Below, piece by piece: positions 6,568 to 14,198 of a DNA stretch of 14,198 nt; positions within the stretch are counted from its first letter, which is position 1; each line of letters begins with the position of its first letter. This DNA comes from Acidobacteriota bacterium (GTDB lineage Bacteria; Acidobacteriota; UBA6911; JACQSX01), in assembly GCA_036507075.1 (NCBI GenBank), contig DASXQR010000229.1:1-14198 (forward strand), given 5' to 3'. A model generated the notes under the pieces. It searched no databases. It had not been told where the DNA came from and was given only the letters and a program-made list of their open reading frames with translations. A program made the translations under genes and the position numbers.

Positions 6568-8460
6568 TCACCAAGCCAGGGCAGTGCTGAAGGGCATGCG
6601 CGGATTGGTGGCAGCCAAAAATGTACCGGTTCGAGGGTCGCGCACAACTACCATCGTGTTATCGGCTCCGTGCCAGTTTGAGGGCAAGGGGACCGCGCGT
6701 ACATCCACTTTGTGTCCTTTTTGGGACAGGCCGCTTACAATCTTCTGCAGATCCGGAAAGTACTTCTCCAGTCCGGCGTGGCCCGGGGTACTCCGGTGGG
6801 GATAAAACAGGCTCGGGAAATGGTCGGTCCATACCTTGGGCGCATCCAGAGCCTCCTGAACCCCCATTCCGAAATCTACCACGTTCAAAAAGAACTGCAA
6901 CGTTCCCTGGTCCTGCCAATCTCCGCCCGGCATTCCAAAGGCCATAAAGGGCTGACCGTCCCTGAGCACCAGCGTGGGCGTGAGACTTGTGGAGGGCTGC
7001 TTACCGGGAGCGAGGGACTTGGCGAGCCCCTTGTCGAGATAGAACATCTGTATCCGCGTTCCTAGCGCAATTCCCAGTCCCGGAACGATCGGTGAGTCAT
7101 AGAACCAGCCCCCGCTGGCGGTAGCGGTGAACATGTTTCCTTTGGAATCGACCGAGCGAATTCCTGTGGTGCCATGATCTCGCAAACCGCGGCCCAGTTT
7201 CAGTACTGTTGGGCGTCGGTCCGGGTGCTCGTCAAACGGAAAGGGATCTCCTGGCCGGAGCTCCGTGGAGGCTCGATCCAGGTCAATCAACTTCCTGCGA
7301 ACGGCGGCGTATTTCTTCGAGAGCAAGCCCTGTTTTGGTACATAGACGAAGTCCGGATCTCCGTAATATTTTTCCTTGTCCGCATGCGCTAATTTCGCGG
7401 TTTCAAACCATAAATGAAGGTAATCGACGCTGTTGTGTCCCAAGCCTTTCAGGTCGTAGCCTTCCAGGAGGGCAAGCTGTTGCAGAAAAACTGGACCCTG
7501 CGTCCACGGTCCGCACTTGTGCACCTGGTAACCTCGATAAGTGAGTGTCCAAGGTTCTTCCACTCTGGCTTCGAACTTGGCGAAATCCTCCAATGCCAGG
7601 AGCCCATGGTGAAACCCGCCTTCCGCATCTTTCACCCTGAACTCACGAGTGAAGTCGACGATTTCCCGAGCGATTGGACCTTTGTAGAAGTATTCGTGAA
7701 CCGCGCGCAAGGCAACCTTACGACTCGCTCCGGCAGCTAAGGCTCGGCGTTCAGCATCGACAAGACGACGAAGCATCTGCCCCAACTCGGGATTTCGAGT
7801 GACCTCACCAAGTTCGGGGAGCGCGCCGTCGTTCAGGAAAAGCTTGGCAGAAGTGGGCCATTGTTCGAGGAAACCCCTGAGTGAGTGCGGCCCGGATTTT
7901 CCGACAAGCGAGTCGCGCCAACGTTGATCTACGGGGAAACCCTCCTCGGCCAGCCGAATTGCGTCCTTTGCAATCTCGGCAAAGCTCAGGGTTCCGAATC
8001 GGTCGAGGGTAAGAACAAGAGATGCCGGGACGGCGGGAACACCGGCCGGGAGAAAGCCGTCCCCGGGGATTGCCTTGTATCCCTGGCTCTTGAACCATTC
8101 AATGTTCGCGGCCTGTGGAGCCCGGGTATTGCCATTGATGGCAAACACGCGCCCTTCTGGTGCGTAAAAGATCAAAGTTGGCATTTCCCCGGCGAATCCA
8201 AAGTTTTCGAACTCGACCACGGAAGCTGCCAGAACCATGGCTAGACCAGCGTCGATTGCATTGCCTCCCCGCTTCAACATGGCAAGGCCGACGTCGGCAG
8301 TTAGCTGATGTCCAGCCGCGACCGCTCCGTGTACCCCCCTCGCCTCAACCTTAGCGGCGCGGCTGGCTTCAGCGTGCGCGCTCCGATACGAAACATCACC
8401 GAGTGCAATTAGCGCTAATGCCAAAATGACAATTAGAATCTTTGTTACTCGCGTCTTCAT
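6568..8460 (-). CDS. ggt: Gamma-glutamyltransferase family (Ntn hydrolase) protein, secreted
   Basis: Motifs GAVAAGH, LKRGGNAIDAG, AGVPAVP, AIRLAEEGFPV, AHADKEKYYGDP, autoprocessing site DHG|TTGIRSVDSKGN (Thr at ~7168-7170) and FGMPGGDWQDQ are present. The signal peptide is MKTRVTKILIVILALALIALGDVSYRSAHA. Alternative start at 8478. Confidence 0.92.
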   Translation of the reverse strand: MKTRVTKILIVILALALIALGDVSYRSAHAEASRAAKVEARGVHGAVAAGHQLTADVGLAMLKRGGNAIDAGLAMVLAASVVEFENFGFAGEMPTLIFYAPEGRVFAINGNTRAPQAANIEWFKSQGYKAIPGDGFLPAGVPAVPASLVLTLDRFGTLSFAEIAKDAIRLAEEGFPVDQRWRDSLVGKSGPHSLRGFLEQWPTSAKLFLNDGALPELGEVTRNPELGQMLRRLVDAERRALAAGASRKVALRAVHEYFYKGPIAREIVDFTREFRVKDAEGGFHHGLLALEDFAKFEARVEEPWTLTYRGYQVHKCGPWTQGPVFLQQLALLEGYDLKGLGHNSVDYLHLWFETAKLAHADKEKYYGDPDFVYVPKQGLLSKKYAAVRRKLIDLDRASTELRPGDPFPFDEHPDRRPTVLKLGRGLRDHGTTGIRSVDSKGNMFTATASGGWFYDSPIVPGLGIALGTRIQMFYLDKGLAKSLAPGKQPSTSLTPTLVLRDGQPFMAFGMPGGDWQDQGTLQFFLNVVDFGMGVQEALDAPKVWTDHFPSLFYPHRSTPGHAGLEKYFPDLQKIVSGLSQKGHKVDVRAVPLPSNWHGADNTMVVVRDPRTGTFLAATNPRMPFSTALAW

Positions 8461-9151
8461 TGACGATCGATTCCCCATACCTAAACGGCAGAGAGAGCCT
8501 CAGGGATAAATCCGAAGGTTAGTGTGATCGTGACATGCAGTTTACGGGTATTAAGCATGTATCGATCCACGCCCATCTGTGAAACTGCGAAATGGGAAAG
8601 CCAACCGGAACTTCAAGTACGACTACCTTTAGTGACCTGCAAGGCCGGAGGCTAAGCTCCTCCGGGTGAGATCTTATCATTTGATTGCTTTCTAAAGTTT
8701 TATCTTCTTCTGTGGTAAATGCACCATGGCATTTCCCGCCTGCGAGTAAATTGGGTTTAGCTTCAACGCGAGTCGCTCCAACAGCTTTCAAGCAATTCAC
8801 GCCAACGTCCCTGGCATCTGCGGAAGAGCCGACCTTACCGCAAGCCAGCCTCGAACTGTCGAAAACCGCCAAGCCGGCACTGCGTCGAAACTCAATTTCA
8901 CCTTGAAATATTTGGCTAAAATGATGCAGCGGCGTCCGCTATCCAATATTGGCCTCTTCCCAAAGGGAGAAGCCGTGATACAAAACTTTGGATTCTTCGA
9001 TCCCTTCATAGCCCCCTACTTGAATTCTGTTACGGCTTTGCCGAAGGGCACTTGGTCCTCCGGTTTATCCGGGCGGCAATCGGTAAGAGTGTTTGCAGCC
9101 GGGCGAACATAAGTAACGGTCTGCAATCTTTAAATATGCCACTTTTTTTAC

Positions 9152-9194
9152 TTGACAAATAAAAACCTGGTGTCATATCTAACGCAGTAGATAT
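9152..9194 (+). promoter_or_regulatory. Putative sigma70 promoter of the TBDR operon overlapped by two inverted repeats (candidate operators)
   Basis: Perfect TTGACA at 9152-9157 follows an AT-rich tract (9129-9150). The -10 is weak (CATATC/TATCTA, ~9174-9181). Inverted repeats are TGACA-N13-TGTCA (9153-9175) and ATATCTA-N6-TAGATAT (9175-9194). Confidence 0.6.
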
Positions 9195-9328
9195 TTCTCT
9201 GTGAACGACTTGTTGGAGTTAATGCGTCTTTTTGGCGCGTCAGACTGGCCGTGAAGAGGATCGTCCCTCCATAGTTCTTCGCGCCAGACTCGGAAAAGGG
9301 ATTTAGGAAATTTTCAAAAGGGGGCCAT

Positions 9329-12300
9329 ATGCGCCTGCAAAGTCAAAGAGAAAACCCGCAAGATTTTTGGCCAATTAAGCCGCTGCTCGGAGAGTCCAAG
9401 TGGAGGGTGCCAAAAGTCGCCGTGCTCACATTGGCTGTTTTCATGCAGATGGCTGGTTTCCTGGATTACTCGCTGGCACAGATGACTCTTTCCAAAGTGC
9501 GAGGAACGATCACGGATCAATCCGACGCCAGAGTACCGGGTGTGAACATTACGGTCACCGACCTTTTGACGAATATCAGCCGCTCGTCGATTTCAGATGA
9601 TCTTGGTTTCTTCGAAATATCCGATTTGAAGCCGAGTAAGTATCGCCTTAAGGCTGAGCTGCCGGGGTTCAAGAGTTTCGTCGCAGACAACCTGATCGTG
9701 GAAAGCAGTCAGGTCAGGCTGCTGGACATAAAGTTGGAAATTGGTGAATCCACGACCGAAATAACGGTCAATGCGGCCGCCGCGGTCATAGAAAGGGACG
9801 AATCCAAGGTGGCTGCCACTTTTACGGGAGAACGGTACCACGAATCGCCCATCATAGGAATGGAGCGATTCAACCCGAACTTGTTTTTGATGACCTTACC
9901 AGGAGTACAGCCGGGGACAGGCTGGTTGGAATACAAAATCGCCGGCATGGGCGGAGCGCAAATCCAGGGGGCGATGGACGGAGTCTCCACTGACGGCACA
10001 GAGAACTCGATTAATCAAATGGAGGATACAGAAGAAGTAAAAGTAGTGACTGTGAATAACAGCGCGGAGTTTTCGCGCGCCGGATATTACAACATGGTGG
10101 GCAAGCGCGGAACCAATTCATTTCACGGAGAGGGGCATTACTACCACAGCAACTCGGCGCTGAACGCCAGAGAGTTTTTCGCTCCCTTCAAAAACCCGAG
10201 CAAACTTCACATTTTTGGCGTAAACGCAGGCGGGCCGATAATCAAGAACAAGACCTTCTTCTTCGCGTCCTGGAACGCACTTCGCGACCCGAGCACAAAC
10301 TTCTTCTTGACGTCCGTTCCGACCGAAAAGATGCGCAGAGGTGATTTCTCCGAGCTGCTGCCTTCGCGCGTGATCCGGGATCCGCTTACCGGAAATCCGT
10401 TCCCGGGGAACATCATCCCATCCAATAGATTGAATTCGTTGTCGCAAAAGGCGCAGGACAAGTATCTTCCCGCTCCCAATCGGGGCGGTGCAGGCGCCTT
10501 GACCAACAATTATTCATTCTTGCACCCCTTCCCGTTTGATCTTTTGAAGATCGATTATCTTACTCAGCGGGTGGATCACAAGATCTCGGAAAAGAATGAA
10601 ATATTCGGCCGAGTGACGCAGGACTGGGCTCCCTATGTGCTGCCTCGAAGTTTTCCGGCCCTGGGATGGACGAGGACACTCCACGCGGGCCACGTTGCGG
10701 TCAGCGACACGCATACTTTCTCCCCCAGCCTGGTCAACTCCTTCAGCTTCGGCTGGGTTCCGCTGAACATCACCGATGGCAAGCCCGTTCAGGGCTTTAT
10801 ACCGCTCCAGGGAGACCAGGTTGTTGCCGAATTAGGTCTGCAGGGCGTTAATCCGCGCGGTCTCAAAGCGGCTGGATTTCCCACCATGTCGATCACAGGA
10901 TATCCGGCGTTATCGACAGTAGCGGGAGGTATCGCTCACAAGGAAAACATCTTTTCGTATGGCGACTCGGTGACATGGGTACTCAGTAAACATGTTTTGA
11001 AGATCGGAGGTGAGCTGAGAACTTTCAGCCACAATGACACGAAGGTTCCCACTACCACCTATGGCAGTTTTAGTTTCAACGGCTCATTGTCCGGGTATGG
11101 GTTTGCCGATTTCCTGTTGGGACTGCCTTTCAGCAGTGCCCGGCTCGATCCTCTGGTGAACCGCACCTATCGGAGCAATGAGTTCGGGATTTATCTGACC
11201 GACACCTTCAGAGTCAGCAACAACCTGACCCTCGATTACGGTTTGCGTTGGGATTACTTTGGCGCGACAACCATGGATGACGGTCTGCAGTATAACTGGG
11301 ATCCTCAGACGAACAACGTGATAATACCCTCCGACGCGGTGGGAAAAATCAGCCCTCTGTATCCAACCAATACAATTAAGGTTGTGCCGGGAGACGTCGT
11401 GCTGCATCCCGAGAAGGGGAATATCGTTCCACGCTTTGGCGCCGCCTATCGCATCAACAACAACCTTGTAGTGCGGGGAGGTTATGGCGTCTTCACTGAG
11501 TTCTTAGGCGCGGCCTATTACAGCTACGATCAAAACGTGCAGGCTACGGGTGGTCCGTTTGAGTTAAGCGAGACCTTTTTCAACTCGATCGTAAACGGAC
11601 AGCCGTTGTTCGCCTTCCCTAATCCATTTCCGGCCGGCGCCGGAACCATCGCATCGCAGAGCATCCGGGGATATCCCCTCAATGGAAAGAATGGATATAT
11701 TCAGCAATTCAATCTCAGCGTGGAGCGGCAAATCAAAGACATAGGACTGCGTCTCTCCTACGTCGGCACACGAGGGCGAGGCTTAAACTATGGACTGGAA
11801 ATCAACAAACCTCAGGCCAGTTTGATTCCCTTTTCCGCAGCGCGGCGCCCGTATAATCCCTTTGTGAGCGCAAGATTTATACGCCGTGATGGGGCTACAG
11901 ACTATGACGGTTTAACGTTCCACGCCATTCGGAAGGTAGGGGATTTCACCTTTGACTCACACTGGACCTGGTCCCATAGTCTGATCAATAACCTTAATCT
12001 CGAGGATCCCTACGCTCCCCGGCGGTGGAATCGTGACGCCGGGAATCCTAACCACCGCGTGGTAGTAAATGCGATGTGGAATCTGCCAGTGGGCCGCGGG
12101 GAAAAGTATCTGTCGGATGCGCATCCTGTCGTGAATGGGATCGTTGGCGGCTGGAAAGTGTTCCTGATTTCCTTCTTTCAGACGGGTCAGTATTTTACTC
12201 CGTCCTACTCCGGATCAGACCCGTCCAATACCAACACTTTTGGCGGGCTTCCGGATAGAATTCGCGATGGCAACTTGCCGCCGGGCGACCGCACGCTGCA

Positions 12301-12613
12301 GCGTTGGTTTGACCCAACGGCATTTGCTGTGCCATCCCCCGGCAGGTACGGAAACAGCGGTGTCAACATTTTGCAGGGGCAGGGACGCCACGTGCACAAT
12401 CTCACTGTTTCAAAGTTCTTTCCGCTTCACGAGCGTTTGACGTTGCAATTTCAAACGGCAATCACAAATGTGTTTAATCACCCGCATTTTGATTTTCCCG
12501 CCAGCAATATTTCGGTGCCGTCAGCGGGCCAGATCGGCGCGGATGTGGGTACGTTTGACTCGTCAAGGGGAGGTGCACGGCGGATTGAAGGGCGCCTGCG
12601 AGTGATCTGGTAG
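9329..12613 (+). CDS. TonB-dependent receptor, Oar-like, with N-terminal carboxypeptidase-regulatory-like domain, 1094 aa
   Basis: SD AAAGGGGG. Signal peptide ends ...DYSLA|Q, followed by VRGTITDQSDARVPGVNITVT, plug/barrel motifs SAEFSR, KRGTNSFHG, GGPIIKNKTFFF, LTLDYGLRWD, PRFGAAY, VVRGGYG and NVFNHPHF. The C-terminal beta-signal is IEGRLRVIW. Confidence 0.95.
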   Translation: MRLQSQRENPQDFWPIKPLLGESKWRVPKVAVLTLAVFMQMAGFLDYSLAQMTLSKVRGTITDQSDARVPGVNITVTDLLTNISRSSISDDLGFFEISDLKPSKYRLKAELPGFKSFVADNLIVESSQVRLLDIKLEIGESTTEITVNAAAAVIERDESKVAATFTGERYHESPIIGMERFNPNLFLMTLPGVQPGTGWLEYKIAGMGGAQIQGAMDGVSTDGTENSINQMEDTEEVKVVTVNNSAEFSRAGYYNMVGKRGTNSFHGEGHYYHSNSALNAREFFAPFKNPSKLHIFGVNAGGPIIKNKTFFFASWNALRDPSTNFFLTSVPTEKMRRGDFSELLPSRVIRDPLTGNPFPGNIIPSNRLNSLSQKAQDKYLPAPNRGGAGALTNNYSFLHPFPFDLLKIDYLTQRVDHKISEKNEIFGRVTQDWAPYVLPRSFPALGWTRTLHAGHVAVSDTHTFSPSLVNSFSFGWVPLNITDGKPVQGFIPLQGDQVVAELGLQGVNPRGLKAAGFPTMSITGYPALSTVAGGIAHKENIFSYGDSVTWVLSKHVLKIGGELRTFSHNDTKVPTTTYGSFSFNGSLSGYGFADFLLGLPFSSARLDPLVNRTYRSNEFGIYLTDTFRVSNNLTLDYGLRWDYFGATTMDDGLQYNWDPQTNNVIIPSDAVGKISPLYPTNTIKVVPGDVVLHPEKGNIVPRFGAAYRINNNLVVRGGYGVFTEFLGAAYYSYDQNVQATGGPFELSETFFNSIVNGQPLFAFPNPFPAGAGTIASQSIRGYPLNGKNGYIQQFNLSVERQIKDIGLRLSYVGTRGRGLNYGLEINKPQASLIPFSAARRPYNPFVSARFIRRDGATDYDGLTFHAIRKVGDFTFDSHWTWSHSLINNLNLEDPYAPRRWNRDAGNPNHRVVVNAMWNLPVGRGEKYLSDAHPVVNGIVGGWKVFLISFFQTGQYFTPSYSGSDPSNTNTFGGLPDRIRDGNLPPGDRTLQRWFDPTAFAVPSPGRYGNSGVNILQGQGRHVHNLTVSKFFPLHERLTLQFQTAITNVFNHPHFDFPASNISVPSAGQIGADVGTFDSSRGGARRIEGRLRVIW

Positions 12614-12652
12614 CTGAAGTTTTTGTAGACTTGTTCCTGCGGGGAACCTTGC

Positions 12653-13558
12653 ATGAAGCGCATTACGCGGCGAGAGCTGGTCAGCACTGCCATGGGCGGG
12701 ACCGAATCGGCTCGCACTCAAAGTACCGCTTCGAAGAACCGTCCCTCCAAACTGGCGGATGTCGGTTGGTCCTGGGAAGGACAGGGATTGACCGGCGGAG
12801 CAGGCCTGTCGATTTTCGGTGTTGGCGAAGGCGCCGAGTACTGGGGACTGCGGAAAGTGGTTTACATGTTCCAGCCACTCTCCACGCTGGCGATGGACAA
12901 GCTGCGGCAGTTCGAAGAAGTGGTCTGTGAAATCACGCCGGCGGCACGACCCATCCATTGTGGCGTTAATTGTATTCAGATGGATGGATTGTCCGCGTAT
13001 GGTCAAAGGGTCGAGGACCTTTTTCAGGACGCGGAAATGACGGGGCGGCTGTCGCTGACGTACCGGAATATCACTGGCGGCTACATAGATGACTCGCTGG
13101 GCCGCTCCGACAGGAAGCCCAATGCATTTACGCCGGAGCTTTACACTTCAGTGCACCACAAGCTGACCGGTGCTAACCCAAGCCTTAAGTTATGGGCGCT
13201 CGCCTGGACCAAGCAGTTGTATGAGGAAGAGTGGGCCGGCTTCAAGCCTTACATGGACGTCATCAACCTGTGGGTGCCCTGGTCGACAAGCGACAAAGAC
13301 TTGGCGGAACTGGATCGTCATATAGCCAAGTGCAGAGAGGTCTTTCCCGGCAAACCGCTGGTACTGGGCTGCTTCCTGTACCAGTTTTCCCCGCAGATGC
13401 GAGCGCTGCCGCTCGAACTGGTGAAGGTCCAGTGGGAACGCATCCTTAAATATGTCCGGGACGGCCAAATCGAAGGCTATTCGATTTTAGCGGCTTTTCT
13501 CATTGATGGGGCTCAGGAGCAGGCTCGATGGATACGCGATCTTATCGCCGCAAATTAG
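12653..13558 (+). CDS. 'IAAN' family protein with a degenerate twin-arginine leader, 301 aa
   Basis: Starts 39 nt after the TBDR stop, with SD GGGGA. Motifs LADVGWSWEGQG, NITGGYIDD, YMDVINLW, FPGKPLVLGC and EQARWIRDLIAAN are present. Confidence 0.92.
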   Translation: MKRITRRELVSTAMGGTESARTQSTASKNRPSKLADVGWSWEGQGLTGGAGLSIFGVGEGAEYWGLRKVVYMFQPLSTLAMDKLRQFEEVVCEITPAARPIHCGVNCIQMDGLSAYGQRVEDLFQDAEMTGRLSLTYRNITGGYIDDSLGRSDRKPNAFTPELYTSVHHKLTGANPSLKLWALAWTKQLYEEEWAGFKPYMDVINLWVPWSTSDKDLAELDRHIAKCREVFPGKPLVLGCFLYQFSPQMRALPLELVKVQWERILKYVRDGQIEGYSILAAFLIDGAQEQARWIRDLIAAN

Positions 13559-13688
13559 AGTGAAGGGGAAAGACGGACAGACACGGTAACAATGGGATCG
13601 CTCCTGCCGAAGAACTGCCGGCGAAGAGGGGATCCTCTCAATATCGGTAGGCCGCGAATTTATTGCGGCAGATGACAGGTTGAATATT

Positions 13689-14198
13689 ATGACTCTCATT
13701 TCACGTCGCGATTTGATCGTCGGTGCCTGTGCGGCTTCGACTACAGGGTTAATTGGAGATTCCCTTCGAGGCGCGGCCTCCAAAAAGTTGGCGCAGTTCG
13801 GATGGTCGGTCGAGGGCCAGGGGGTCAATGCCCCGATCGCCCCGTCTGTATACGGCGCCGGGGAAGGCACCAAGTACTTTGGTTTGAAGAAGGCCGTGTT
13901 CATGTATCATCCGAACAACGACCTGGCGATGGAAAAGCTCCGCCACTGCGACGAGATCGTATGTGATATCACCAAGTGGAAACAGACTTTCTGCAGCACA
14001 CCGCCGGATCCCCCAGGTTACAGTTGTGTTCAACTGCACTACGACGTGCGGCCCGCAACGTTGCTGACGGAAGCCGAAACCGTGTCGCGCCTGGCTTCGA
14101 AGTATAAGAATTTGAAGGGCGCATATGTGGATGATGTTCAGCGGGAGGTCAGTTACGCGTCCGTCCCGCCTCAGGAACGCTATGCTGTCGTCCGGAAG
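13689..14198 (+). CDS. 5' part (170 codons, runs off window end) of a more divergent Tat-exported 'IAAN' family protein
   Basis: Not in the ORF track. Hand translation: MTLISRRDLIVGACAASTTGLIGDSLRGAASKKLAQFGWSVEGQGVNAPIAPSVYGAGEGTKYFGLKKAVFMYHPNNDLAMEKLRHCDEIVCDITKWKQTFCSTPPDPPGYSCVQLHYDVRPATLLTEAETVSRLASKYKNLKGAYVDDVQ..., with no stop. Confidence 0.9.
   Translation, partial: MTLISRRDLIVGACAASTTGLIGDSLRGAASKKLAQFGWSVEGQGVNAPIAPSVYGAGEGTKYFGLKKAVFMYHPNNDLAMEKLRHCDEIVCDITKWKQTFCSTPPDPPGYSCVQLHYDVRPATLLTEAETVSRLASKYKNLKGAYVDDVQREVSYASVPPQERYAVVRK

Noticed and set aside
9329..13558. SusC/SusD pair
   Set aside because: The receptor is Oar-like, and the downstream protein has no lipobox or SusD/TPR features.
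179..14039. Numerous short antisense or alternate-frame ORFs in the track (e.g. 179-592, 1189-1611, 5258-5740, 12563-13006, 13487-13903)
   Set aside because: They are shadows of well-supported genes with no recognisable motifs. Their mutual similarity just reflects the repeated sense-strand family.

Overview
Bacterial DNA, probably Acidobacteriota-like; this is inferred only from the Oar-type TonB-dependent receptor (TBDR) and the gene content. The window is dominated by an expanded family of ~300-aa proteins I cannot assign to a named family. They carry twin-arginine leaders, share GWSxEGQG, GxY(I/L/V)DD, MDVI and FPxKP(L/I)VLxC motifs, and end in EQARW(V/I)RD(F/L)IAAN*. Seven copies or fragments are present: 1-195, 300-1205, 1307-2221, 4274-4534, 4606-4782, 12653-13558 and 13689->14198. 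They sit with an HGSNAT/DUF5009-like membrane acetyltransferase, a signal-peptide-bearing Gfo/Idh/MocA oxidoreductase, a secreted gamma-glutamyltransferase-family Ntn hydrolase (minus strand) and an intact 1094-aa TBDR with a likely regulated sigma70 promoter. Between 3449 and ~5160 lies a patchwork of gene pieces. An 825-bp internal piece of a second TBDR (~78% aa identical to the intact one) is fused in frame to the C-terminus of a family member, followed by a frameshifted family N-terminus and a sulfatase fragment. Overall this looks like a glycan-utilisation-type locus built on an uncharacterised secreted TIM-barrel-like family that is being duplicated, recombined and deleted. No RNA genes, CRISPR arrays, transposases or reverse transcriptases were seen.
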